Shown here: in pieces, positions 1-12,596 of the stretch | How positions within the stretch are numbered: the first letter of the stretch is position 1 | Layout: each line of letters begins with the position of its first letter | From: Squalus acanthias | Lineage: Eukaryota | Direction of reading: 5' to 3' | Length of the DNA: 64,000 nucleotides | Assembly: GCA_030390025.1 (NCBI GenBank) | Contig: CM059430.1 | Location: 44,702,001 to 44,766,000, forward strand | The notes under the pieces: generated by a model | What the model was told of the DNA's origin: nothing | The model's input: only the letters and a program-made list of their open reading frames with translations | Database searches by the model: none | Program-made: the position numbers and the translations under genes

Positions 1-443
1 GCACAGCAGAAGGCCACAGCCAGAGGCCCACCGAAACGTTCCCCGGAAAAGGTAAGTCTAGAGGCGATCATGGGGGCGGGGGGGAGAGCAGGGCAGGGGA
101 GGCCCCAGGTTTCCCTGTGGAGTCCGGAGAGCAATCCTGCTCCTCCTTGCTCACAAGAAAACCATATTAAAAAAGTTAACTTACTTTTTCGGCCCTCTCT
201 GGGCCTGCTGCTTCCTGGCCCCAATTAAATTCTGGCAGGCCCCACACCAGCCGCAAACCTCTCTGAATAAATGTTAAAATGGCGTTGGGGTCTTAATGAC
301 ATCAGACCACGACTTTCACATTTCAAATAGGCCCTCACCTGCCGGAGGTGTGGGACTCAAGAAGCTGTCCGAATTGTGCTGTTAAAAATTGAGTGATGCA
401 GCCCGCTCTTCCTGGACATGTGGGGGGGGCGGTTAAAAACAGG
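1..443. mobile_element. Partial GC-rich non-autonomous element, probably Harbinger-related; similar to the units at 44224-45510
   Basis: Blocks such as 'tgtggagtccggagagcaatcctgctcctcc' and 'aagttaacttactt' resemble 45152-45190 and 44680-44692. The left end lies outside the window. Confidence 0.45.
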
Positions 444-564
444 GTATCTGTCTCCAATGAACCTAATTTTCCCTGAACCGCAGATTATTGGAGTGAAAGT
501 GAGGCAATACATGAAACTAACAAAAATATCACTAGCCCCCTCCAAGACCACAATGGCTGCCACA

Positions 565-609
565 CAACCAGGCCAGTTGGTTACCATCCAACCAGGCCAG
601 TTGGTTACC
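565..609 (+). repeat. Tandem duplication, 2 x 21 bp (period 24)
   Basis: caaccaggccagttggttacc at 565-585 and 589-609. Confidence 0.9.
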
Positions 610-728
610 TTGGTTAGTCAAGGACTAGCAGCCTGGCTATATCTCGTCAATACTTGTCAATGTGGATTCCAATATGAAGTAGGTCCACGCTCACCAAATC
701 AATTGGTTTGCACAGTTTCAGATCGCAT

Positions 729-860
729 GGGGATAATTTTAACTTTGCGCAATAGCGTAAAATGGGTGACTTCAATGGAAATGAAAATCAGGTGAGGTGT
801 ACAACTTACAGCTGATCCGATATTGCCCATTTTACATTATCGGCCAAAGTCAAAATTACA
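729..860. mobile_element. Short MITE-like element with ~35-bp imperfect terminal inverted repeats
   Basis: ataattttaactttgcgcaatagcgtaaaatggg pairs imperfectly with cccattttacattatcggccaaagtcaaaattac. Confidence 0.6.
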
Positions 861-1099
861 ACATAGAGCCCAGAAGCAGAAGATGAATTTTTTCTATAGC
901 CTGCTGCACAGGGTTACTGGGTAGATGTATGCTCTATAGAACACTGAAGCTGCCAGTGGTGACAGCAATGTGCAGCTTTCTTTAAGGAAGGAAGAAAAAG
1001 AATGGGCATTAATGCTCCTCCTAACTCTACAAAAATTGACCCCTGCGATGCCTGAACCTTAGAGGCCCAGCCCTGGGATCACTTATCTAGACAAGCTGT

Positions 1100-1291
1100 G
1101 GAGCCATCAGATTTTCAGCCACCTCCGATCAGCGAGCTGCTAAAAATGTGCGAACAGTTTGCCGACGGTATGGTAATAGGGCCCAGCCAGGAAAATTGGT
1201 TGGGCTTGGACCGCTTCCATTGGGCAAGGGGGGTGGTGCTCGCTGCACCCACCTCCGATCCAGTGGGAGGGGTCACATGAAAATTCACCCC
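1100..1291. mobile_element. Decayed Harbinger-type MITE remnant
   Basis: Ends in aaaattcacccc, the reverse complement of ggggtgaatttt that opens the Harbinger at 15491. Confidence 0.4.
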
Positions 1292-2925
1292 AATGTTTCT
1301 ACTGAAGAGAGTTTACAGCCCTTGCAGCACAGAGGTGGGCTGATAACAGGGTCCAATTTCTGCAACCGAGCACAACCAGAATAAATACTGGAAAGTATTA
1401 AATAAACCATGCAGTGTGAGTGACAGTACAGTTATGCAGCTCCACACTGTACGAAACAGTGTGCCCCATATTACCTGATGCTCTAGGGCTTATTTTCCAT
1501 AATTTACTGTTTCCTGATGGGTATCTTTTGCAAAAGAGGCTATGACTCAAATAAGGATAAATGCTGGATAATCTTAAAACAATTTAGTGTTAATTTTTAA
1601 AATAGCAATTTTTTTTTTTTACAGACACTTTAGCTGAACAGCTCATCATGGCTAATGCATTTATGCATTACAATAACTATTGTACCTGCTCTTTATGAAA
1701 ATTTATCTTTTAGTATATTAAACCTATTTCACTAAATCCTAGATATTAGTAAATTTTCTCAACCTATTCATAGGACTTTTAACAGTACAATTAATATTGA
1801 ACTTAATCACCAAACCTTTAAGTAGCAAGACACCAGAGGGAATTTAGTCTGCATTCTGCAGTTAAATGTGCACAGTGTAGCATTTTTAAATGAACTACAT
1901 TTCAGATAAGGTGAGGCATAATGAGGACATCCTCCATCGGGTTTGCTGGAGTGTTTATAAGAAACAACGAAGAGACAGACATACTGATGAGGTGTCTAAG
2001 CTCTCAACTGATAGACTAATTAGATTGGGGTTTTTTTAATGTGAAATTAACAAAAGCCTAAAAGGTATATATTTATGGAAATTTATCTCAAAGTAGAGAT
2101 GTTTCTTCGGAAAGAATTGCCAAGCTTTCATCATTAAGCATAATACCCATTATAGTAACTTCAAGAGGCTGCTCCAGGACACAAGCCTGGTTTCTTCAGC
2201 AGCTTCTAAACCCCCCATTATTGGGTGCTTTTTCTTACATTTCAGCCGCTTTTCTGAGCACAGCAATGATATGCCATCACAAGCAGGTTTTCATTTGTTT
2301 TACAATGAATGGGTCTGGCATCACTGCTTGTATTTCTACAAAACTACGGCATCTTATCAAAGTCCTTCTATCTGCCCGTGGAAATATCACAGAAATGCAA
2401 TGTTCTACCTTTTCTTGACTTTCCACAGTATTTATCTGATAAATAGGTTTCTAATTTGATAACAAAAACTGAAAGAAGCTTGCTTCTGATAAGAATTTTT
2501 GTTAAATAATAAGCAATACAAAAGGGAATTAATATTTTCACCCAGCCCGCTTTATTTAGTTTCATCAAGGGAACTGCCCGACTGCTAAACTCATTACACT
2601 ATGTGAATATTTTTGCATCTCTTTAACCCGTGATGAACTTTAGTGAAGTGCCTGTACACAGCTGCTATGTGCTTACAACTAATAATGTGTAAGTTGATTG
2701 ACAGAATGCAAGTGTCACTTCCTGTTAAGTGAATAAGCTGTTCGGTATATTTTATGAACCGATCAGGAGTATTCATTTAACAGACTCACAGCTAAATATT
2801 AATATGTATTTTATCAGCAAATATCTGGAGCATTGTTTCACACATTGCAAAATCTATAAAATATAGTAAGTTGTCATATTAAAGAAGCTAGAATTATTAT
2901 TCAAATGTAACAAAATATATTGTGC

Positions 2926-3496
2926 CATAGGAACATTAGAAACAGGAGTTGGCCATTCAGCCCCTCGAGCCTGCTCTGCCATTCAGTTAGATCATGGCTG
3001 ATCTGTACCTCAACTTCATTTACCCGCATTTGCGCCGTTCCCTTGATACTCTTACCTAACAAAAAGCTGTCTATCTCAGTTTTCAAAGCTCCAATTGTCC
3101 TAGCACCACAGCCTTTGGGGGGAGAGATTTATACCAACTTTTGTGTGAAAACGTGCTTTCTGATTTTGCTCCTGATTGGCCTAGTCCTAATTTTAAGTTT
3201 ATGTCCCCTTGTTCCTGATTTCCCAACCAGAGGAAATAATTTCTCCGTATCTACCCTGTTGAATCCTTTTAACATTTTAAACACTTCGATCAGATCACCC
3301 CTCAATCTTCTGCACTCAAGGGAATAAGCCTAGTCAATGCAACCTGTCCTCATAAATTTAACCCTCTAAGCCCTGGTATCATTCTGGTGAATCTGCGCTG
3401 CAGTCTCTCCAAGGCCAATATATCCTTCCTGAGGTGCGGTGCCCAAAGCTGAATGCAGTACTCCAGATGGGACCTGACCACAGCTCTGTACAACAT
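2926..3496 (-). mobile_element. CR1 LINE 3' fragment
   Basis: ORF2 C-terminus (VRSHLEYCIQLWAPHLRKDILALERLQRRFTRMIPGL) plus CR1 3' UTR and tail. Confidence 0.92.
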
Positions 3497-4619
3497 TCTC
3501 CCAAGCAGAAACATGTGACGAGAATAACATGAAGCAGAAAGCATGAGTTTGTACTTTTTGTTAACAATATTATAGTGTCACGGGCAACATATTAATCTTT
3601 ATTTGTAGCAAACATAAATAAGTTTACTCTTTGTAAGTTATGAAGGCCTGGAATTTTACACTTGAAGCCTAATCCCTGACACTGTTCCTCCAATGCTCAG
3701 TGGATAAAAGCTTTTAATCAGAAGGCAGGGTTCCCTTGGTGGCGGGGGAGGAATGGATTTCTGAGAAAATTGTAGGGGTCCCGAAGATAGGATCTTTTGT
3801 GCAGGTCTGTAACACCTTAAATTGTCAGTTCAGCCCTTCTGATGGTATGAAGGGTATTGGTCAAATATCCAGATTACTTGAAAAAGGAAACCAGAGACAA
3901 ACAGTAACAGGTAATTGGACAGAAATCGACACAAACTGCCACAGTTGTGTAGCTGTCGACACATTAGCTGTGGAGATGTTGAAGATTGCAAAATAGGGGA
4001 TCTTTAACTGTTATAACTGTGGCTGCAGCAACAAAGGCAGGAGGGTTATTTTTGGAAATCTGAATTCAATTGGCCAGAAGAGAGATACATATGCACCCAG
4101 TATATTGAATGATTGTTCTACTTATTAAACATTTAGATTCCTTACCGATGGCCAACCATTAGGACTGGAAAAATAACAATTTTGATATTCCTAGATGCAA
4201 TCTTATATATCGAGCACCGAGATAAATCCAGCACCCAAAATAGCTAGTATTTTAGTATACATTTAGTTTCCCCCGATCTTGATTACCAGTCTTTGGGAAA
4301 TGCATGACTTTGACGAACTACACCTGAGCATTCCAATTACTAAGGTGTGTCTTCTTAGGACTGAACACGATTTCTTTACAAGCACAAACGTAATGAAAGC
4401 ATTGTTATATAAAAAGGGACACAGCTAATAAATAGTTCAGAAGTTCTAGGTTTGGCTTTCTCCATCATTGCTGTCAATACTATTTACAATCAAATTATGT
4501 ATTTGTTTGTGATGAACAGCAACAAAAAACTTAATTATTCACAGACATTTATCAAACGTTTGGCAAGCAGGCAAATCTTCACTAACGATGTAACCAGATA
4601 ATATGCAAATGAAATCCGA

Positions 4620-5575
4620 ATGGGATGCATCCTAGGCTGCTGAGGGAAGTAAGGGTGGAGATAACGGAGGCACTGGCCACAATCTTCCAATCCTCCTTAA
4701 AGAGAAAGCCAAACCTAGAGCAGTGCCAGAGGACTGGACGATTGCAAATGTTACACCCCTGTTCAAAAATGGGGAGAGGGATATACCGGGCAGTCAGGCC
4801 AGTCAGTCTAACGTCAGTGGTGGGGAAACTTTGAGACAATATTCTGAGACAAAATTAATTGTCACTTGGAAAAATATGGGTTAATAAATGACAGCCAGCA
4901 CGGATTTGTTAAAGACAAATTGCGTTGGATTAACTTGATTGAGTTATCTGACGAAGTAACTGAGTGGTTTGATGAAGGTAGTATGGTTGATGTTGTGTAT
5001 ATGGACTTTCAAAAGGTGTTTGATATAGTACCACATAATAGACTTGATAGCAAAATTAAAGCCCATGAGATTGAAGAGGCAGTGGCTGCATGGATACAAT
5101 ATTGGCTAAGAGATGGAAAGCAGAGAGCAGTGGTGAACGGTTGTTTTTCAGACTGGAGGGAAGTATACAGTGGTGTTCCCCAGGGGTCAGTATTAGGACC
5201 ACTGCTCTTTCTGATATATATTAATTACCTGGGGTTGGGTATACAGGGCTTAATTTTAAAGTTTGCTGATGGGAACGAAACTCAGAAATGTAGTAAACAG
5301 TGAGGAGGACAGTAAGAGAATTCAGGAGAACATAGACAGACTGGTAAAATAAGCAGAGGCATGGCAGATGCCATTTAACGCAGAAAATGTGAAGTGATGC
5401 ATTTTGGTAGGATGAATGAGGAGAGGCAATATAAACTAAATGGTTCAATTTTAAAGGGGTGCAGGAAGAGAGAGACCTGGGGGTGTAAATACACAAATCT
5501 TTAATGGTGGCAAGACAAGTTGAGAAGGCTGTTAAAAAAGCATATGGGATCCTAGGCTTTATAAACAGAGACATA
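4620..5575 (+). mobile_element. CR1 LINE RT fragment, 5' part; continues at 8992
   Basis: RPVSLTSVVGK, QHGF, VDVVYMDFQK, SGVPQGSVLGPLLFLIYIN and KFAD motifs with stops; the sequence resumes exactly at 8992. Confidence 0.95.
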
Positions 5576-6358
5576 GGGCTGGATTTTGTCTTGGGGTCGG
5601 GTTGGGGTCGTGTAATCCGTATTTCGTGTTTCCCCCCCCGACTCCAGATTAATGTGGATGCCTGATGCAATTTTCACTTAATTGGGCAATTGAGTTGGAG
5701 CATGTGGGAACCCATGAACTAATTAGTGTTTTCAGTCTGAAAGTCGCCTCTGATGATGTCATCATTGCTGACTGCCTAGTCTCAGAGACTGTTGGTGAGA
5801 GAGGACCTGCCTGGCTTGCTTTTGATATGAGTGGACCTGGATGCAAAAATGGGGGAGGGGGAAGAGAGAGAGAGAGAGGAGAGAGGAGAGGAGGGAGGAG
5901 AGAGAGAGAGGAGAGAGAGAATTTTTTTCCAACCAAGTCCTCCCAGGCAGTCTCTGAAGACATTCAATGCAGCAGCATCAGAGGCGACTTTCAGACGTAA
6001 TACTACTACTACCTTCATCACATCTCCGTTGTAATAGTGGACCTGCAGCCGATGGTCAGCTATCCACTTGTGCTCCCGCCAGGTTTCACTGGAGTGTTTC
6101 ACACCAGGCGTGCTTCACATCAGAAAAGGGTTAAACTAGCTAAAACGTTTCAAAATGGCATTACAGAGCCAATTTAGAGCTTGTTAAGGGCTTTAATGGC
6201 CTCTCCCGCCTCTTGGAGGCGGGACGGAGTCGGGAACCCCGCGACTGATTTTGTCAAAATTGCGTGGAGGCGGGATGGAGTCGGAAACCCCGACCCCGCA
6301 AATTTAACCCCCCACACGCCTCCAAACCCGACTCCATGGGTCATTCAAAATCCAGCCC
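5576..6358. mobile_element. Non-autonomous PIF/Harbinger element (MITE), 783 bp, TSD ATA
   Basis: Perfect 12-bp TIR gggctggatttt / aaaatccagccc; ATA at 5573-5575 and 6359-6361. Confidence 0.88.
5860..5920 (+). repeat. Imperfect (GA)n / purine microsatellite inside the MITE
   Basis: gaagagagagagagagaggagagaggagaggagggaggagagagagagag. Confidence 0.9.
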
Positions 6359-6822
6359 ATAGGCCGCAAATTTAATTCTGGAGGCGGGATGGGGGCGGGT
6401 CAGCTGGTCGGCAGCTTTCGGACCCGCTCCCGGATGCCGCCAGCCCGCAGTTCCGATATTTGCTTGATTGGCCTCGTTACGGCTGACGTGCGGGTCCCTC
6501 CAGGCAATGCTTGGAGCATGTCAGTTTCTCGCGTCTGATGAAGTGTTGTTTGAGTAAAAATTTAAAGGGGCCATGTCCCCTCTGCAAAAAATGTAGATGG
6601 GATGGCTTGGTATTATCTAGAAAGGGGAGTTGACAGCGGCTGGTCTGAACACAATTTATTGAATTAAATTGCTGGTCATATTATTCCAGAAACACATTTA
6701 TTATTTTTTAATCTATCAATTTAGTATGTGACTAAGAAATGAAAAATATGCCAGATGTGTTCCAATCATTGGCTTAGTAAAATTAATGCTTTTTTCTCTT
6801 AAAGGTGCTGGATGCTGCAGGA

Positions 6823-7047
6823 ATGGCAGCCCCAAAAACTAAGGCTGCAGCCAGGTTCACTGAGGGCTCCCTCCATGCTCTTGTGGAGGGAGTTAGAGGA
6901 CGTCAGGAGGTCCTCTTCCCTGGAAACAGAAGGAGGAGGCCTCCTCAGCAAACCAAGGCAGCTTGGCTGCAAATTGCTGAGGTGGTGAGTTCGAGGTCTG
7001 TGTGCAGACGCACATGGGTTCAGTGTGGAAAAAGGTTTGTTTTTTGA
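6823..7047 (+). pseudogene. Harbinger Myb/SANT-like (trihelix, MSANTD/NAIF1-like) DNA-binding protein, first coding exon
   Basis: MAAPKTKAAARFTEGSLHALVEGV...TKAAWLQIAEVVSSRSVCRRTWVQCGKRF has the Myb/SANT Trp pattern; a splice acceptor tttttctcttaaag lies upstream at 6804. Confidence 0.85.
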
Positions 7048-7252
7048 TCTGCTGAGATCACCTAAAGTGTGGCCTCTGTGTTCTGGGAAATGAAAGTTCA
7101 AGAGTGAGGGCTCAGGGCGAATGCCATGTAGAATGTTGGTGGCGACACTGAGCGCAAACGATCGTTTAGTAGACAGATGATGCCTGGGATTTTGAGAATG
7201 TCGGACTTATATTCATCTCCATGTGCCAGCCACCTGTGGTTGAAGCATAAGC

Positions 7253-8467
7253 TTACACGAATCTAGCATGGATGAGTGCATCCCTTGCCTGACAGCCAGC
7301 AATGTGGTTGCCTGCTGCTGGATTGGCCACATCCGACCCCGCAAGGAGTCGCTCCCTGTCCTCATCCTCTTCCTCTTCCTCCGAGGGGGCTCTGTGCTGA
7401 GCCACTTGTTCATTCGGCAGCACTAAGCCGCGTTGCTGTGCGATGTTGTGCTGGGCACAGCAGACCATGACGATTCTGGACACCCTGGCTGGTGCATACT
7501 ACAAGGCTCCTCCAGATCTGTCTAGGCATCAGAAGCACATTTTGAGCAAGCCGATGGTTTGCTCGATGATGCTTCTGGTGGAAATGTGGCTCGAATTGTA
7601 CCGCTCCTCAGCATCGTTTAATGGCCTCCTCATCGGTGCCATAAGCCACTTTTTCAGGGGATAGCCCTCGTCACCAAGAAGCCATCCGGAAAGTTGGTTT
7701 GGCGGATGGAAGAGCTGAGGCACAGTAGACTGGCGCAGGATGAAGGAGTCATGGCAACTGCCAGGGTACTTTGCGCAAATATGCATGATGATCTTCCTGT
7801 GGTTACACACCAGCTGGACGTTCAAGGAGTGGAATCCCTTGCAGTTGACAAATACAGCTGGGTTGTGATGGGGTGCCCTAATGGCTACATGTGTGCAGTC
7901 AATGACGCCCTGCACCATTGGCAAGCCTGCCATATTGGCCAACCGCACGCACTGTCACACTTGGGCCATCCGTGGAGAAGTGGATGTAATTGTGCACCTT
8001 TGCAAAGAGGGCATCGGTGACCTGCGTGATGCAGGTGTTTGCGGCCGACTGGGAGATTCCGCTGATGTCTGCAGCTGATCCCTGGGAGGAGCCCGAAGCA
8101 AAGAAGTTGAGTGCAGTGGTGACTTTGACAGCCACTGGTAAGGAGTGTCCACATGCTCTTCTGGGCTCCAGGTGTTGGTGCCGCATTGTGCAGATGTCAG
8201 CGACTACGTCTCTCGAAAATCTCGGCCTCCTTTGACACTGCTGCTCAGTCATGCTGAGGAAGCTGATCCTCTGCCTGTAAACCCTGTGTTGGGGGTATCT
8301 CCTGCAATGAGGTGCAGCCCTGCGCTGAGGCCCTCCACCCTGTGCATCATCAGGTGGGTGAGGAGGAGGTTGGCGCTCCTGGTGCTGGTGCTGCTGTTGT
8401 GGCACTGCCGCAGCTGCTCTTCCTCCGAATCTGATGACCAGGATGAGAGGATATAAATGTTTCCCAT
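7253..8467 (-). pseudogene. Harbinger (HARBI1-like) DDE transposase, frameshifted
   Basis: [36 protein letters not shown] and [10 protein letters not shown] spread over several frames. Confidence 0.93.
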
Positions 8468-8991
8468 CCCGTAGCTATAGATTTCACTTGAGGCAAGAAG
8501 CTTGCAAGCGCACACTAGAAGTGGCCTGAAATTATTCCAATCAGGTCACAGTGCAGATGGCTGTCAGCTTGAACAGTCACAAGGTCAGTAGATTTGCAAA
8601 ATCTGATCCCAAACCTCCAACAACAATGTTGCATTTGAATGTCAGCCATGTTACAGGAGCGCTTTTAAAGTGCTGCACCAATTACTACAAATCATCTCCT
8701 CCAGCAACTCGTCTCCTTGAACCTGGCCTGTTTCTGACAAGACGGGAAACAGGAGCCAGAAGCACGAAAATGGGAAACCACTATCAAAATAGGATTAGCA
8801 AGGCAGTTAACAGGCTGTTAACTGCCTTACCTACCTGTCCCACCGGTTCCAGTCGGGTCAGTTTAGGAACGGCTGACCCGACACTCATGAAAATCACGTG
8901 GGGGTGGGATGGAGACGGGTTGGGTGTCTGAAGCCATTTTTTCTGATTTTTGCTGCCGACCCGCCTCCAAAGGGCTATTAAAATCGAGCCC

Positions 8992-9598
8992 ATAGAGTAC
9001 AAAAGCAAGGAAGTTATGTTAAACATTTATAAATCACTGGTTAGGCCCCAGCTGGAGTATTGTGTCCAATTCTGGAAACCACACTTTAGGAAGAATTTCA
9101 AGGCTTTAGAGAGGGTGTAGAGGAGATTTACTAGAATGGTACGAGGGATGAGGGGCTTCAGTTACGTGGAGAGACTAGAGAAGCTGGGGTTGTTCTCCTT
9201 AGAGCAGAGAAGGTTATGGGGAGATTTATTAGAGGTGTTCAAAATCATGAAGGCTTCTGATAGAGTAAATAAGGAGAAACGGTTTCCAGTGGCAGAAGGG
9301 TCGGTAACCAGAGGACACAGATTTAAAGTGATTGTCAAAAGAACCAGAGGCCAAATGAGGACAAATTGTTTTACGCAGCGAGTTATGATGATCTGGAATG
9401 CACTACCTGAAATGTGGCGGAAGCAGATTTAATGATAACTTTCAAAAGGGAATTGGATATATACGTGAAAGGGAAAAATTTACAAAGCTGTGGGGAAAAG
9501 GTAGGGGAATGGGACTAATTAGATAGCTCTTTCAAAGAGCTGGCACAGGCATGATGAGCCGAATCACCTCCTTCTGTGCTGTATCATGCTATGATTCT
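8992..9598 (+). mobile_element. CR1 LINE 3' part, continuing 4620-5575
   Basis: SYVERLEKLGLFSLEQRRLWGDL...TRGH, 3' UTR, ctatgattcta tail. Confidence 0.93.
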
Positions 9599-11612
9599 AA
9601 TGGCTCCTACTGGAGGCAGTAATCAAATCAACTTCAGCAAACAATTTAGTTTTGTTCTTGTCTTGTTCAGTTGGAGTCAAGCCCAATTTTTCATTTAACC
9701 CCACAAAAGAATTTGTCTTATTTGAACCTATATTCTGCACACAAATTCACTGGGGACAACTTGGGTGGAAAAATGATCTGGCTATGTCCCTCAATGTATT
9801 GAGGAAATCTTGATATGTATCATACCTTATAGCATGGGTAAATGCATAGGACAAGACCGATGTTACAGTAGCCACTAAAGAGTTTTGTGCATGTGCAAAC
9901 AGCATTTACATATTGCACAGAGGGACCTCAGGAGTCAAATTCAGTTAATGAAAATCTCCATTCACTAACAGGCGTTAGTGACCAGCTCAGCCTACTTTAC
10001 AACAGGAATGAATAGTGAATATGAGTGCTCAGCACATATCAGATGACTTTTATACTTAACGCAGCAATCTCAACTGAGAGAGTGCATAGAGAACCTAAAT
10101 ATCAAACCAAAGTGATTAAAAGATGTTACTGTGAATGAGATGTGCCACTAAAATTGACCTTTCTTTCATGGATCAGAAATGACTGCTGACAATATTAGTA
10201 ATGGATGCTTAACCCATTCGTATGACTTTCCTCTGTCCGTTATTTTAGCGAAGGCATTAACCAGATTAATATAATTGCTTCCATTAAAATAACAGAGGAA
10301 TGTCATATAAACATGTTAAGTATTCGTTTTCCTAGCATCAAATATAACAATTTCTACCCTGTTCTGTTACGCTTCATTTGAATGAATGGCCAAAACATAC
10401 TCAATGTTAGATGTGACAAATGAATGGAAATATGTCTGATCACCAAATCTAACATGGAGTTGTAAGAATGTGCCTTTGTCTGGGGGAGATCTCACTGTGA
10501 CTTCACAGTGAAATAAAACAGAATCAGTCGATACATCTCAGTTGCTATAATTGGTAGAATAGTCACATCATTTATAACAACGGTGCTGTTGGAAATGTAT
10601 CTTGGATAAAGCAGAACAGGTTATATTTTTAGACATTTATGAGATTGGGAACAATATATAAGCACCAGTTCATAATGGTCACAGCCTCAGCAAAGCTGTA
10701 ATCTCTAAAGGTCACTTTACTCAAGCTGAACAGTTAATAATTACTGTCTGTCTCAGCTGACAGTAGAAGATCACTGGGAATGTTGTATGAAGTCATAAAT
10801 TATCTGATTTATGTTCTATTTTCTAAAAAGAAATTATGATTACAGTTTGACACTTGCCCAGAGGGACAATATTGGAGTCAGGTTGAGGCAATTTTCACTT
10901 ATAATTTTTTAGTTAGCGGACTAGAGTGAAAAGGATATTCCGAGGTGGTATTGTGGAAAATTCTGCCAGTGTGCAAAATAAATGAGTTATTTGACCAGCA
11001 TTTTACAAGAAAAATATCTGACTTACTACAGTAAGTTGGTGTGTTAAAAGACAAACTGACAGCTGAAAAATATTTAATTATCCCTGACAACATATATATT
11101 ATTACTTTTTTAATGAATGCAAGGTGAAGGGAAACCAGTTATTGGTGTAGTACCTTTGGTCAGGGCCTGAGGGAGAGCTCACACTGCATGGGTAACATGA
11201 TTGGCTGGCTGCCAATGTTAACTGTACTTATTACACTCATCCCATGCAGAACACATCCATCTCATGCTCTGAGCTGACATCCCATTTATTCTTAGATCCA
11301 TTTGTCATGACTGCAATCACCAAAATGAATAGAAACTTTGTGGCATGATAGATTACAGTTCTAATTAGGAACAAAGAAGAGAAGCATACACAAGTTGAGC
11401 GGATATTTTTTGTACTGCTAACAAAAAGTGATCAACCATGTAGTTCAGAAATATTCTCCCTGGCTGTAGGTTTACTAGTGAGGCCTAACTTCAAACTCAC
11501 CCAGCAGGTATATACGAAGGCTACACACTGGTGAGAATTTCGGGAAGGTCAACAACAAAAGTCGGAGGCCTAGCTAGAGTGTACAAGTTTAGTAAAAATT
11601 GTCATCTCGAGT

Positions 11613-11664
11613 AAGCTATTCATAGAGTCATAGTCATATGACTCTATGACTCGATGAATAGCTT
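11613..11664. repeat. Near-perfect 52-bp palindrome
   Basis: aagctattcatagagtcatagtcat / atgactctatgactcgatgaatagctt, one mismatch and one 2-nt gap. Confidence 0.85.
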
Positions 11665-11848
11665 CGGATTCCAGCAACTAACTTCTCTCACCCAATCCAA
11701 ACCTTTAAAAAAAGACATTTCTCAAGTGGTGATCTTATCACTATTTTTTTCAGATCTTAGTGATGGTTTTCTACAAGGGATAAATAATGAATTGAAGATG
11801 CAATGTGACCCAAATAATACCCTTGTAGGATCTTTGTTATTCTTGAAA

Positions 11849-12067
11849 TAAGAACATAAGGAAATAAGAAATAGGAGCAGGAGTAGGCCATTCGGCCCTT
11901 CGAGCCTGCTCCGCCATTCAATGAGATCATGGCTGATCTTCTGCCTCAATTCCATTCACCAGCCCTATCGCCATATCTCTTGATGCCCTTACTAGTCAGA
12001 AATCTATCGACTTCTGTTTTGAATATGCCCAATGACTGAGCCTCCACAGCCCTCTGGGGTAGAGAAT
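11849..12067 (-). mobile_element. CR1 LINE 3' end
   Basis: LPQRAVEAQSLGIFKTEVDRFL...GDRAGEW plus 3' UTR and tail. Confidence 0.9.
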
Positions 12068-12126
12068 GATAACATCCCTTACATATTGTAGGAATTTGTA
12101 CAATCTGGATTTGGTCCATGGGAATA

Positions 12127-12596
12127 AGAAAGAAAAGAAAGACTTGCATTTATATAGCGCCTTTCACGACCACTGGACGTCTCAAAGCGCGTTACAGCCA
12201 ATGAAGTATTTTTGAAGTGGAGTCACTGTTGTAATGTAGGAAACGCGGCAGCCAATTTGCGCACAGCAAGGTCCCACAAACAGCAATGTGATAATGACCA
12301 GATAATTTGTTTTTGTTATGTTGGTTGAGGGATAAATATTGGCCAGGGCACTAGGGATAACTCCCCTGCTCTTCTTCAAAATTGTGCCATGGGATCTTTT
12401 ACGTCCACTCTGAGAGAGCAGACGGGGCCTCGGTTTAACGTCTCATCTGAAAGATGACACCTCCGACAGTGCAGCTCTCCCTCAGCACTGTACTGGAGTG
12501 TCAGCCTAGCTTTATGCGCTCAAGTCCCTGGAGTTGAACCCACAACCTTCTGACTCAGAGGCGAGTGTGCTACCAACTGAGCCACAGCTGACACTG
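12127..12596 (-). mobile_element. Full-length tRNA-derived Deu-domain SINE (SacSINE1/AmnSINE-like)
   Basis: tRNA head with A box tggctcagttgg and B-box-like ggttcaactcc; Deu core gagacgttaaaccgaggccccgtctg; tail aggcgctatataaatgcaag(tctt)n. Confidence 0.88.

Larger units (their letters stand above)
6362..8991. mobile_element. PIF/Harbinger DNA transposon, 2.6 kb, with convergent Myb/SANT and transposase genes, TSD ATA
   Basis: Ends ggccgcaaattt... and ...aaaatcgagccc; ATA on both sides; both Harbinger genes recognisable. Confidence 0.9.

Noticed and set aside
5649-6102. Overlapping ORFs with RE- and LS-rich runs
   Set aside because: Artefacts of the (GA)n microsatellite inside a MITE
7253-8467. 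Host HARBI1, or NAIF1/MSANTD genes, in this or the other Harbinger copies
   Set aside because: All copies carry frameshifts or stops and lie within elements that still have TIRs, so they are transposon pseudogenes
12520-12596. tRNA gene (also at ~52970-53042)
   Set aside because: tRNA-derived SINE head continuous with the SINE body; no complete cloverleaf seen
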